Assembly (NCBI GenBank): GCA_943788175.1
Contig: CALSPG010000005.1
Coordinates: 320,001-384,000 of the forward strand
Reading direction: 5' to 3'
DNA length: 64,000 nucleotides
DNA from: an uncultured bacterium
GTDB taxonomy: Bacteria; Fidelibacterota; Marinisomatia; Marinisomatales; UBA1611
Part shown: piece by piece, positions 49,563 through 59,837 of the stretch
How positions within the stretch are numbered: position 1 is the first letter of the stretch
Layout: each line of letters starts with the position of its first letter
The notes under the pieces: model-generated
Database searches by the model: none
Told to the model about the DNA's origin: nothing
What the model saw: only the letters and a program-made list of their open reading frames with translations
Made by a program: the position numbers and the translations under genes

Positions 49563-51314
49563 ATGTATAAACGAACACATACCTGCGGAGAGTTAGACAA
49601 ATCTTACATAGGTGAAAAAGTCATATTAAATGGCTGGGTCAACACATCAAGGTTGCATGGTAAAGTTGTTTTTATCGATTTAAGAGATAGGTATGGTAAA
49701 ACGCAACTAGTTCTTGATGAAACTACTTTTATTAATGAATTCGATAGCATTAAAAAACTGTCCAGTGAAGATGTTATTTCTGTAGAGGGAATAGTTAAAA
49801 TCAGAGATGGTGGCGCTGAAAATACCAAAATGAAAACGGGCGCAATAGAAATAGCTGTATCTAAATTTTTATTGTTGAATAAAGCTTCCACATTGCCCTT
49901 TGTGCTAACTGATCGCAATAGTTCTGAAGAGCAGCTTAGATTAAAATATCGTTATCTCGAGTTGCGATTTGATGAACTTCAAAATAACATTATTACTAGA
50001 CACGAAACATATCAGGCTGTAAGGAAATATCTTTCAAAAAATAATTTTCTTGAAATTGAGACTCCTATTTTAATGAAATCAACTCCAGAAGGTGCTCGAG
50101 ATTTTCTGGTACCTAGTCGCGTTCAAAAAGGTAAATTTTATGCATTGCCTCAATCCCCACAAATATATAAACAAATTTTAATGATATCAGGGTACGATAG
50201 ATATTTTCAAGTTGTAAAGTGTTTTAGAGATGAAGACCTCAGAGCAGATAGACAACCAGAATTCACTCAAATAGATATTGAAATGTCTTTTGTGGATGAA
50301 GAAACTATTTTCTCGCACATGGAAAACTTAACTAGACATATTTTTAAATCAGTGAAGAACATAGATCTGCCCGATACGTTTCCTAGAATTACGTATAAAG
50401 AAGCGATGGAGAGATATGGTTCGGATAAGCCAGACACGAGGTATGGTATGGAACTTATTGATATCAAGCCGTTTACTGATAAATCTGAATTTAAAGCTTT
50501 TAGTAATGTTGAATTTGTCAAGGCTATCGTTGTTGATTCGGGAGCTAAGTTTTCACGGAAAGTAATAGATGAGTTAACTGATATTGCTAAAAAAAGCGGC
50601 GCTAAAGGACTTGCGTGGATGAAATTTCAAGATGGAAGCCTTAGTGGCGGTATATCAAAGTTTTTTTCTGAAGTTTTACAAAAAAATATGGTTAAAAGTT
50701 TAAACCTTAAAAATGATGAGATAATATTAATCGTTGGAGATCAGCAAAATATTGTATGTAAAACACTAGGAAAACTTCGTACTTTGATAGCTTCTAGAGA
50801 AAAATTAACAGATAAAAATTTATTTAACCCTATTTGGGTTACTGAGTTTCCTATGTTTGATTTTGATGAAAAAAGCGACCGTTATGTGGCCATGCACCAC
50901 CCGTTCACAGCTCCTAGAGAGTCTGACATTGATAAACTTAATAGTGAACCAGCTACCGCTCTTAGTCGCGGTTATGATTTAACAATGAATGGCCATGAAA
51001 TTGCTGGTGGTTCTATTCGTATACATTCTCCAGAAATTCAAGAAAAAGTTTTTTCTCTTTTAGGGTTAACTCAAAAAGAGGCTGTAGAAAAATTTGGGTT
51101 TTTGGTGGAAGCGCTACGATATGGTGCTCCTCCACATGGAGGAATTGCATTTGGGTTTGATAGGTTAGTAATGCTGTTAGCTGGAACTGAAAATATTCGC
51201 GATGTCATTGCATTTCCAAAAACTACATCAGCTACATCTTTAATGGATGAAAGCCCAAGTTATGTCGATAATAATCAGCTTAAGGATCTAGGGCTTAAGC
51301 TAGATAGTAACTAA
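49563..51314 (+). CDS. aspS: Aspartate-tRNA ligase
   Basis: RTHTCGEL, FRDEDLRADRQPEF, PPHGGIAFGFDR. Confidence 0.97.
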   Translation: MYKRTHTCGELDKSYIGEKVILNGWVNTSRLHGKVVFIDLRDRYGKTQLVLDETTFINEFDSIKKLSSEDVISVEGIVKIRDGGAENTKMKTGAIEIAVSKFLLLNKASTLPFVLTDRNSSEEQLRLKYRYLELRFDELQNNIITRHETYQAVRKYLSKNNFLEIETPILMKSTPEGARDFLVPSRVQKGKFYALPQSPQIYKQILMISGYDRYFQVVKCFRDEDLRADRQPEFTQIDIEMSFVDEETIFSHMENLTRHIFKSVKNIDLPDTFPRITYKEAMERYGSDKPDTRYGMELIDIKPFTDKSEFKAFSNVEFVKAIVVDSGAKFSRKVIDELTDIAKKSGAKGLAWMKFQDGSLSGGISKFFSEVLQKNMVKSLNLKNDEIILIVGDQQNIVCKTLGKLRTLIASREKLTDKNLFNPIWVTEFPMFDFDEKSDRYVAMHHPFTAPRESDIDKLNSEPATALSRGYDLTMNGHEIAGGSIRIHSPEIQEKVFSLLGLTQKEAVEKFGFLVEALRYGAPPHGGIAFGFDRLVMLLAGTENIRDVIAFPKTTSATSLMDESPSYVDNNQLKDLGLKLDSN

Positions 51315-51956
51315 TTAATTATTAAATAGTTTACTTATTAAACCGACGGAATTTTTTGCACATATTTGTGTTGTGCTTGATAGTTCTATACCACTATACC
51401 AATAAGAATGAGTCCAAACTAAAAGTCCGGTGTCTTCATCTTTGATTTTTAGTATTACTCCAACTCTCGCTTGCGTATATTCAATTTTTCCGCTTTCTTG
51501 GATCGAGCCACCGTCTGTAGTGGTGGTGGTAGATGTTGTCGCAATAGCATTTTTTTCACTGCCGCTGGAAGCCGACGATTGAGTGATTGTAGTTTCAATC
51601 GTCCCTTTATCTTCAAGTCGATAGGGGATTAGAATGGTCTCTCTATCTGTATAATCTGTTAATGTGCACGACAATGTAAGTGTCTTTTTACCTTTGTTAT
51701 TTAGGTTAATCACTGTTTTATTATTGTTAAGCTGAGATACGTTGAAACCATTTTTCATGAACATAAACGATATGTTGTCTTCCATTATTTGTCCTGAACC
51801 AGGCCTATTTACATGGTCAGCTATTTTATCAAGATTTATAACACTTACTAGGTCAAAATTATAGCTTTCATTTATTGCGGGAGCATCAAAGCAACTTACA
51901 TTTAAAGATATTATTACAAAAAATATTAATTTGTTTTTGAACAAGTTAAAACCCAT
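51315..51956 (-). CDS. Hypothetical lipoprotein
   Basis: Lipobox-like VSC, Thr-rich insert. Confidence 0.65.
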   Translation of the reverse strand: MGFNLFKNKLIFFVIISLNVSCFDAPAINESYNFDLVSVINLDKIADHVNRPGSGQIMEDNISFMFMKNGFNVSQLNNNKTVINLNNKGKKTLTLSCTLTDYTDRETILIPYRLEDKGTIETTITQSSASSGSEKNAIATTSTTTTTDGGSIQESGKIEYTQARVGVILKIKDEDTGLLVWTHSYWYSGIELSSTTQICAKNSVGLISKLFNN

Positions 51957-52275
51957 TTAAGTATTCTAAATGTATATTGGCTTCATTGATTATTTCTTGA
52001 TCTTTTGAATAACGAATACAATCTTTCCAAGCAAGAATTGAATTTTCATCTTCTGATAAGGCTTCGTAAAGAAGAGCTTTTAATTTATAAATTTGGGCAT
52101 TTTTCGGTTCATTTTTAAGTGCATTATTAAGCTGCTTTAATGATTCTTCAAATAAGCCGACTTCCATTGCTGATATTGCTCGTTTTAAGTAGTTATCTGA
52201 CTGACCAGACAAAGGGGATGAAAAGGTTAACAGAACCATTAGGGTAAATAATTTTATTATTGATGTTTTTATCAT
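51946..52275 (-). CDS. Exported TPR protein
   Basis: Signal peptide, TPR-like ALKNEPKNAQIY. Confidence 0.75.
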   Translation of the reverse strand: MIKTSIIKLFTLMVLLTFSSPLSGQSDNYLKRAISAMEVGLFEESLKQLNNALKNEPKNAQIYKLKALLYEALSEDENSILAWKDCIRYSKDQEIINEANIHLEYLNGF

Positions 52276-52291
52276 TTTCTAGTTACCCCGT

Positions 52292-53167
52292 TTATTCAAA
52301 TAAAGTGTCTTGCTGCCTGAGCAGTAATTTGGCTCTTTCTTGGTAAAACATGTTTTCTGCCATTATTTCAGGATAAATAGACGCATCAAGTTTTATTACT
52401 GATTTCAGTAGTGTTAAAAAGGATGATTTGTCTTCAGCTTTTTGATAATAAAATTCTGATTTTTGAACTTTATTACCAAAATAATTTTCAGATGATGTAA
52501 TCGCTTTTTCAAAATAAATTTTTGACTGATTTAACTCTACACCAGGTATTCGACTATAAAAGACCCCAAAAAATCTATATGCCCCCCCTTGCTCATATTC
52601 AGGTTCAAGCGAAATTATTCTATGCATAATTACCTCTAGTAATTCTCTGTGGTGTATACGTTCAATAGCTGCTTTATTATTTAGGTACCATAACTTATTT
52701 GTGGCCCACCAATACATTGCAGGAATTAGCTCTTTGGGCGCTTCTGAAAGTGTAGATAAAATTTTAAAACTTGAATCACCAATCATATTGTTTAATTTTT
52801 GTTTGAATGCGAAATTACTTAAAACCGCTGTTTTTGAAATTTCAGATCCTTTTAAAAACAGACTATCTTTTATTTTATTATCTTCTTCTAAGAACATACC
52901 TTGAAAAAAAAGAGATTTGCTGTATAGCTCTAAAATTTCAGGATTGTCTTGTTCAACATCATATGCAAGACCTAGAATGTGATTTGCATTTTTCAAAGCA
53001 GTCGAATCAGATCTTTGTTCCCAAAGCATTTTAGCTTGCTCAATAAGAAAATCTATATTTTGGGACTGAGCATGATCTAATTCTATTTTTTGGCTGCTAC
53101 ATTGCCATGACTTAAATACGCAGAGTATTAATATTAGGAGTCTAGAAAGGGAAAAGATGAATTTCAT
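52292..53167 (-). CDS. TRAP transporter T-component (TatT)-like TPR lipoprotein
   Basis: MYWWA, GGAYRFFGVFY..IP, YFEKAI pattern. Confidence 0.65.
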   Translation of the reverse strand: MKFIFSLSRLLILILCVFKSWQCSSQKIELDHAQSQNIDFLIEQAKMLWEQRSDSTALKNANHILGLAYDVEQDNPEILELYSKSLFFQGMFLEEDNKIKDSLFLKGSEISKTAVLSNFAFKQKLNNMIGDSSFKILSTLSEAPKELIPAMYWWATNKLWYLNNKAAIERIHHRELLEVIMHRIISLEPEYEQGGAYRFFGVFYSRIPGVELNQSKIYFEKAITSSENYFGNKVQKSEFYYQKAEDKSSFLTLLKSVIKLDASIYPEIMAENMFYQERAKLLLRQQDTLFE

Positions 53168-53203
53168 TATTGAGTATTAGACCATTGGAATGTGTAAATT
53201 TAT

Positions 53204-54190
53204 ATGTATAAAATTACGATGTTATTCCTAGATATGGAAAAAATTATAGAACTAAAATCAATTGAATTAGCGGATATGCTTGGCATTGGAGATCAGCACA
53301 TTAAGCTAATAGAGTCAAGTATTCCTGTCTCTATCTCAGCTAGAGGTGGTCGTTTATCTATTAATGGAAATGATGATGACATTCAAAAAGTTGATAGCCT
53401 TTTTAAAGAGATGAGTGGAACCTTTTCCAGTAAAGGAGCTCTGCATTCTACTGATGTAAGCAATTTAATTAAGCTTATTAAAACAAATAGTACAAGCTCA
53501 AATGGAACAATAAATAAAAATAACATTGTTTATAAAAGTCGGAAGGGAGTGATTGGCCCTCGCACAAAAGGTCAAGTCTCTTTTTTAGAAAACGTTATTC
53601 AAAATGATATAGCTTTTGGTATAGGCCCAGCGGGAACTGGTAAAACATTTCTGTCGATGGCTTTTGCACTCTCTTCATTAGAAGAGAATGAAGTTGATAG
53701 AATAATTCTTTGCCGCCCCGCAGTTGAAGCGGGAGAAAACCTAGGCTTTTTGCCCGGCGATTTGAAAGAAAAAGTAGATCCCTATCTATCTCCTCTTTAT
53801 GACGCATTGGATGCCTTGTTACCGAAAAAAAAATTAGGAGCATTGATTGAAAATAAAAATATTGAAATCGTTCCTTTGGCTTATATGAGAGGTCGGACTC
53901 TTGATAATGCATTTATAATTCTTGATGAAGCTCAGAATAGTACGGCAATGCAAATGAAGATGTTTCTTACAAGATTAGGCATGGGGTCTAAAGCAATTAT
54001 TAATGGTGACACAACCCAAATAGATTTAGCTGGAAATAAACTTTCTGGATTAATTCAAGCTAAAAACATTTTACAAGATGTTGAAGGTATCGGTTTTACA
54101 TATTTTGATGAATCTGATATTGTCAGACATCCATTAGTTAAAAAAATCATAGTTGCCTATGATGAGAATGATCAAAAAAACAGGGATTAA
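53204..54190 (+). CDS. phoH: PhoH-family ATPase
   Basis: GPAGTGKT, RPAVEAGE.LGFLPG, YMRGRTL, DEAQN. Confidence 0.95.
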   Translation: MYKITMLFLDMEKIIELKSIELADMLGIGDQHIKLIESSIPVSISARGGRLSINGNDDDIQKVDSLFKEMSGTFSSKGALHSTDVSNLIKLIKTNSTSSNGTINKNNIVYKSRKGVIGPRTKGQVSFLENVIQNDIAFGIGPAGTGKTFLSMAFALSSLEENEVDRIILCRPAVEAGENLGFLPGDLKEKVDPYLSPLYDALDALLPKKKLGALIENKNIEIVPLAYMRGRTLDNAFIILDEAQNSTAMQMKMFLTRLGMGSKAIINGDTTQIDLAGNKLSGLIQAKNILQDVEGIGFTYFDESDIVRHPLVKKIIVAYDENDQKNRD

Positions 54191-54193
54191 GAT

Positions 54194-55342
54194 ATGAAGA
54201 ATGAATCTTACATCGTAAGTGCGCTAAGAACGCCGATTGGCTCTTTTGGTGGGCAATTATCATCATTTTCTGCGCCTAAACTAGGCGCTGAGGTTATAAA
54301 AGCGCTGACGAATAGTGAAGAAATTGGAAAAAATAAATATGACGAAGTCATAATGGGTAACGTTCTATCTGCTGGACTAGGCCAAGCTCCAGCCAGACAA
54401 GCCGCTTTATTATCCGGCTTGAATCAAAATATTGAATGTTTAACTATAAATAAAATGTGTGGTTCTGGATTAAAAGCGGTAATGCTAGCAGATGGTGCCA
54501 TTAAATCCCATGGTGCTAATGCAATCATAGCCGGTGGCATGGAGAGCATGTCAAACGCGCCGCTTCTTATGACAAAGAATCCTACTAAAATTGGTCATAA
54601 TAAAATGTTAGACAGCATGGTTCATGATGGATTATGGGATGCATACAACGATATGCACATGGGTAGTTGCGCTGAAATGCTAGCTTCAAAAAAAGGTTAT
54701 TCGCGAGAAGAGCAAGATAATTTTGCGGTACGATCTTATGAGCGTGCACAAAATGCGATTTCCAATGGTTCTTTTGAAAGTGAATTGGTTTCGATTGATT
54801 TAGTAGAAAAAGATGAAGAACCAGGAAGAGCTAAGTTTGAAAAAATACCTAAAATAAAGCCTGTTTTCGATAAAAACGGCACTATTACAGCTGCAAATGC
54901 ATCAAAGCTAAATGATGGTGCGGCTGCGATAACTTTAATGTCTAAAGAAAATGTAAAAAAATACAACTTAAAACCCCTGGCGAAAATTGTCGCTCATTGT
55001 TCTTTTGCGCATGAGCCAGAATGGTTCACAACTGCTCCGAGTCAAGTTATTAAAAAAATATTAAGCTTATCAGGTTTAACGAAAAATGATATAGATATAT
55101 GGGAAATAAATGAAGCTTTTTCAGCTGTTGCAATGTCAGCGATTGAAGACTTTGAACTAGATGAAACTAGAGTTAACATTCACGGCGGTGCAGTGGCATT
55201 GGGCCATCCAATTGGTGCTTCAGGAGCAAGAATATTGACAACTCTCGTTCATTCTTTAGGTAAGTATGATAAAAATCTTGGTTTGGCAACGCTCTGTATC
55301 GGTGGCGGAGAAGCATCTGCTATGATAGTTGAAAAATTATGA
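54194..55342 (+). CDS. Acetyl-CoA acetyltransferase (thiolase)
   Basis: NKMCGSG, NEAF, GHPIGASG, CIGGG. Confidence 0.95.
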   Translation: MKNESYIVSALRTPIGSFGGQLSSFSAPKLGAEVIKALTNSEEIGKNKYDEVIMGNVLSAGLGQAPARQAALLSGLNQNIECLTINKMCGSGLKAVMLADGAIKSHGANAIIAGGMESMSNAPLLMTKNPTKIGHNKMLDSMVHDGLWDAYNDMHMGSCAEMLASKKGYSREEQDNFAVRSYERAQNAISNGSFESELVSIDLVEKDEEPGRAKFEKIPKIKPVFDKNGTITAANASKLNDGAAAITLMSKENVKKYNLKPLAKIVAHCSFAHEPEWFTTAPSQVIKKILSLSGLTKNDIDIWEINEAFSAVAMSAIEDFELDETRVNIHGGAVALGHPIGASGARILTTLVHSLGKYDKNLGLATLCIGGGEASAMIVEKL

Positions 55343-56364
55343 TGAACAAAAAAGACATAGATTGGGATAACCTTGGTTTTTATGCTCATGAAACCAAAAG
55401 TATGTTTAAGGCTATTTATACAGCCGAAAAAAAATGGCAGGTCGAAGGATTAATTCCATATGGTAATGTAAGTATGTCCCCGGCATCTACAATATTAAAC
55501 TACGGTCAAGGGATTTTTGAAGGAACCAAAGCATATCGAACTTCAAAAGATAGAGTAGCCGGTTTTAGAATTGAAGAAAATGCCGCAAGATTTGCTTCAT
55601 CCTCAGAACGCCTATGTATTCCTCAATTACCTGAGGGCCTGTTTTTAAATGCAGTGCAAGAAGTTGTAAAAGACAATTCTGATTTTTTACCAACTCAAGA
55701 GCAAGGGAGTCTTTACATTAGACCTCTAGCCTATGGAGATGGGCCTATGTTAGGCGTAAAAGCTTCAGATGATTATACTTTCTTGGTTTATGCTACCCCT
55801 GTAGGCTCATATTTTAAATCAGGCTTAAAAATGTTAGATACTATTTTAACAGATAAATATCACAGAATTGCAACAAAAAGCATTGGTTTTGCAAAAGCCG
55901 TTGGTAATTATGCGGGCACATTGCTACCCTACAAAGAAATTACATTGGAAGGATTTGATGAGGTTATATTTTTAAATTCTTCAGATGAAAATATTATTGA
56001 TGAGGCGAGATCGGCAAATGTTTTTGTTCTTAAGGGGAATGTTTTAAAAACACCCGCTTTACAAGGATCTATTCTTCCTGGGATTACTAGAGATTCAACC
56101 ATTAAGGTAGCTCGTGAATTATTTGATTTAGAAGTTTATGAGGAAGATGTCACCGTTGAAGATTTATTAAATGCTGATGAGGTTTTTTTTACTGGAACAG
56201 CTGCTGTTGTTGCACCAGCTGGGAGCATTAATTATAAAAATAATAAAGTTCAATTTGAGACCAGTTATAATGCATCTATGACAAAAAAAATCAGAGAAAA
56301 ACTTATCGATATACAATATGAAAATATCGAAGACCCGTTTGGGTGGGTTGTCCCATTAGGATGA
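55339..56364 (+). CDS. ilvE: Branched-chain amino acid aminotransferase
   Basis: YGQGIFEG.KA, YIRP, K..GNY, LPGITR, GTAAVV. Confidence 0.92.
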   Translation: MMNKKDIDWDNLGFYAHETKSMFKAIYTAEKKWQVEGLIPYGNVSMSPASTILNYGQGIFEGTKAYRTSKDRVAGFRIEENAARFASSSERLCIPQLPEGLFLNAVQEVVKDNSDFLPTQEQGSLYIRPLAYGDGPMLGVKASDDYTFLVYATPVGSYFKSGLKMLDTILTDKYHRIATKSIGFAKAVGNYAGTLLPYKEITLEGFDEVIFLNSSDENIIDEARSANVFVLKGNVLKTPALQGSILPGITRDSTIKVARELFDLEVYEEDVTVEDLLNADEVFFTGTAAVVAPAGSINYKNNKVQFETSYNASMTKKIREKLIDIQYENIEDPFGWVVPLG

Positions 56365-56798
56365 ATATGATTGAAAAAACCATTGAAAAACATCCCAGGC
56401 GTAAAGCAAGGGAGTACACCATGCAGGCACTATATGCTCTTGAAATAAATAATGGTTATCCGACTGATATTCTTGAATTATATGATCAGTCATTTAATGA
56501 GTCGGAAGATGATGAGTATATGAAGGAATTATTTCATTGTGTTGTTGAAAAAAAATCATGGGCTGATGATTTAATTACAGAGTGTCTCCAAAACTGGGAA
56601 TATGGAAGAGTAGCCATTCTTGATAAAATACTCCTCAGAATGGGTGTAAGTGAAATTTATCACATTAGCGACGTACCGCCTAAAGTGACCATAAGTGAAA
56701 TGGTTGAAATAGCAAAAGAATATAGTACTGAAGAGAGCTCAAGCTTCGTCAACGGTATTTTAGATACGATCTATAAAAATTATAGCAAAGAGAATTAA
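56361..56798 (+). CDS. nusB: Transcription antitermination factor
   Basis: RRKARE..MQALY, D..LLR, FVNGILD; start codon uncertain. Confidence 0.92.
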   Translation: MNMIEKTIEKHPRRKAREYTMQALYALEINNGYPTDILELYDQSFNESEDDEYMKELFHCVVEKKSWADDLITECLQNWEYGRVAILDKILLRMGVSEIYHISDVPPKVTISEMVEIAKEYSTEESSSFVNGILDTIYKNYSKEN

Positions 56799-59700
56799 AT
56801 GTTTTTAAAGAAGATTTTTGGAACCAGTTCCACCCGGTATATAAAAAAAATATTTCCAATTGTTCAAAATATCAATGATTTTTATGGCGGGCTTGAATCT
56901 AAGTCTGATCAAGATCTTGTAGATAGGACATTAGAGCTAAAAACTTTAGTTAATCAGGCCAGAGAAGAGGCTAAAGTGAAATATGAAAATGATCTAGAGG
57001 GCAATGAATTAAAGAAGAAAATATTAGAAGCAGAACAAAAAGCTTTAGATGATGTTATGGTGGAAGCTTTTGCAATGGTTAAAGAGACCTGCCGTAGAAT
57101 GGTTGGGCAAACTTTTAGGGTTTCAGGCCAGAACGAAGAATGGAATATGATACCATATGATGTCCAACTGTTAGGTGCAATGGTACTTCATAATGGTAAG
57201 GTTTCTGAAATGAAAACAGGTGAAGGAAAAACGCTTGTTGCTACAATGCCAATCTATCTAAATGCACTTACGGGAAGAGGCGTGCACGTTATTACTGTAA
57301 ATGATTATTTAGCGCAAAGAGATGCTGAATGGATGGGCGAGGTTTATAGAAGACTAGGCCTAACAGTCGGGTTTATTTTGAACTCAATGGATAATGTTAA
57401 GCGTCGCGAAATGTATGCCTGCGATATAACGTACGGAACAAATAACGAATTTGGTTTTGATTATCTTCGAAACAATATGGCGCTTCACCCAGATGAGTTG
57501 TGTCAAAGAGATTACGCCTTTGCTGTAGTAGATGAGGTGGATAGTGTTTTAATCGATGAAGCTAGGACTCCCTTAATTATTTCAGGGGCTGTTGATGCGC
57601 CAGTTGATGACACGTTTGTTAAGTTAAAACCCGATGTCCAAGACCTTGTTAGAAAACAAAATATTTTAGTATCAGAATTAATTAAAGACGTAAAAGAATT
57701 ATTAGAATCGGATAAAGACAAAGCAGGGTTAAAATTATTACAGGCTAAGCGGGCCCTGCCTAAGCATCCACAGGTTATGAAGATTTTTCAAGAACCAGGC
57801 ACGCTGAAATTATCTCAGAGCGTAGAATCGGAATACATAAGAGATAAAAAATTACATGAAGTAGATGACGATTTATATTTTTCTGTTGATGAAAAATCGC
57901 ATGTTATGGATATTACTGAAAAAGGAAGAAATGTTTTAGCTCCCAATAGCCCTGAGACTTTTATCATTCCTGACATAGGAGAACTCCTTCTAGAAATAGA
58001 TGAAAAACAAGATTTGGACAGTAGTGCAAAAGAAATAGAAAAAGAGAAGGCTCATCAATTCCATGCTCAAAGGAGCGGGCAAATCCATAATTTTAATCAG
58101 CTTCTTAGAGCTTATACAATGTATGAAAAAGACGTTGAATATGTTGTCCAAGAAGGTAAAGTGTTGATTGTAGATGAGTTTACTGGGAGAATATTAGCGG
58201 GACGCAGATACTCCGATGGCTTGCATCAAGCTCTCGAGGCAAAAGAAAGCGTAAAAATTGAGAGGGAAACGCAAACATTAGCAACGATTACAATTCAAAA
58301 CTATTTTAGGCTTTATGACAAAATCTCTGGTATGACGGGTACCGCGGAGACTGAGGCCGAAGAGTTAGGGTCAATATATGGATTAGAGGTCGTTGTCATT
58401 CCAACTCACCGTGACATCTCAAGAGACGATAGAGATGATTTAGTTTATAAGACTAAAAGAGAAAAATATAATGCTGTTGTAGATGAAATAGTCGCCGCGC
58501 ACCATCGGGGGCAGCCAGTACTTGTTGGTACGATAGCTGTTGAGACGTCTGAGCTTATAGCCAGGATGTTAAAAAGAAAAAACATTCCGCACAGTGTTTT
58601 AAATGCCAAACAGCATGAAAAAGAAGCTGAAGTTGTAGCTAGAGCTGGTCAAAAAAGTGCAGTGACTATTGCTACGAATATGGCAGGGAGAGGTACAGAT
58701 ATTAAACTCGGTGACGGCGTTAAAGAAGCAGGTGGCTTACATATACTTGGAACCGAGCGGCATGATTCTCGAAGAATCGATTTGCAATTAAGGGGTAGGT
58801 CAGGTAGACAAGGTGATGCAGGTTCGTCGGTGTTTTATTTATCTCTTGAAGATGATTTGATGCGATTATTTGGTTCAGATAAAGTAGCGAGCATCATGGA
58901 TAGAATGGGGATTGAAGAAGGTGAGGTAATTACGGCTGGGATGATTACTCGAGCTATCGGAAATGCTCAGAAAAAAGTTGAAGTAAGAAATTTTGGCGTA
59001 AGAAAACATTTGCTCGAATATGATGATGTAATGAATCAACAGAGGCAAGTCGTTTATGACTTGAGAAGTCAGGCTCTTTCTGGAAAGAATATGAGAGAGA
59101 CAGTCATGCAGGTTATTGAAGACTATATCATTGACGAGATTGAGTCCCATGCGGGAATTGATTCTATGGCTGATTGGGATTGGGATTTAATACGCAATAA
59201 TTTTGCTACTCATTTATTAGTTGATGTTAGTCATCAAAAATTAGTTTCAGAACTAGGCAAAGAAGATATTAGTTCGGATGAACTCATTGATTGGGTCACT
59301 AGCGAAGCAGAGTCTGTCTACAAAGTGAGAGAGTCGTTAGTTTCTCCAGAAGTAATCAGGGGTTTTGAAAGATTTGTTATTTTAAGGACGATAGATGAAA
59401 AATGGAAGGACCATTTATATGCTATGGATCAATTACGAGAAGGTATAAATCTTAGAGCCTATGGACAAAAAAACCCTTTATTAGAGTATAAATCTGAGGG
59501 TTTTGGAATGTTTCAAGAGATGATGAAAGACATGAATGCTGTTACGGCTCAAAGAATTTTCCGTACTCAATTACAGGGGATGGATCAAGCGCCATCATTA
59601 TCGTCAAATAGTGTAAGAAATATTAAAACAGAACACCAAGACACCACGGGAATGGGGTTTGTTGGGCAACCGTCAAGAAGTGCGAGTCAAAAAAAACCAA

Positions 59701-59834
59701 CGACTCCAGTTACTGTTGATAAAAAAATTGGAAGAAATGAGAAAATAAATGTTCAATCTCCTAGTGGAGAAAAGATTCAAATTAAATATAAAAAATTACA
59801 GCAATATTTAAATCAAGGTTATACTGAGGTGTAA
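56799..59834 (+). CDS. secA: Protein translocase ATPase
   Basis: MKTGEGKT, DEVDSVLIDEARTPLIISG, ATNMAGRGTDI, QLRGRSGRQGD. Confidence 0.98.
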   Translation: MFLKKIFGTSSTRYIKKIFPIVQNINDFYGGLESKSDQDLVDRTLELKTLVNQAREEAKVKYENDLEGNELKKKILEAEQKALDDVMVEAFAMVKETCRRMVGQTFRVSGQNEEWNMIPYDVQLLGAMVLHNGKVSEMKTGEGKTLVATMPIYLNALTGRGVHVITVNDYLAQRDAEWMGEVYRRLGLTVGFILNSMDNVKRREMYACDITYGTNNEFGFDYLRNNMALHPDELCQRDYAFAVVDEVDSVLIDEARTPLIISGAVDAPVDDTFVKLKPDVQDLVRKQNILVSELIKDVKELLESDKDKAGLKLLQAKRALPKHPQVMKIFQEPGTLKLSQSVESEYIRDKKLHEVDDDLYFSVDEKSHVMDITEKGRNVLAPNSPETFIIPDIGELLLEIDEKQDLDSSAKEIEKEKAHQFHAQRSGQIHNFNQLLRAYTMYEKDVEYVVQEGKVLIVDEFTGRILAGRRYSDGLHQALEAKESVKIERETQTLATITIQNYFRLYDKISGMTGTAETEAEELGSIYGLEVVVIPTHRDISRDDRDDLVYKTKREKYNAVVDEIVAAHHRGQPVLVGTIAVETSELIARMLKRKNIPHSVLNAKQHEKEAEVVARAGQKSAVTIATNMAGRGTDIKLGDGVKEAGGLHILGTERHDSRRIDLQLRGRSGRQGDAGSSVFYLSLEDDLMRLFGSDKVASIMDRMGIEEGEVITAGMITRAIGNAQKKVEVRNFGVRKHLLEYDDVMNQQRQVVYDLRSQALSGKNMRETVMQVIEDYIIDEIESHAGIDSMADWDWDLIRNNFATHLLVDVSHQKLVSELGKEDISSDELIDWVTSEAESVYKVRESLVSPEVIRGFERFVILRTIDEKWKDHLYAMDQLREGINLRAYGQKNPLLEYKSEGFGMFQEMMKDMNAVTAQRIFRTQLQGMDQAPSLSSNSVRNIKTEHQDTTGMGFVGQPSRSASQKKPTTPVTVDKKIGRNEKINVQSPSGEKIQIKYKKLQQYLNQGYTEV

Positions 59835-59837
59835 ATT

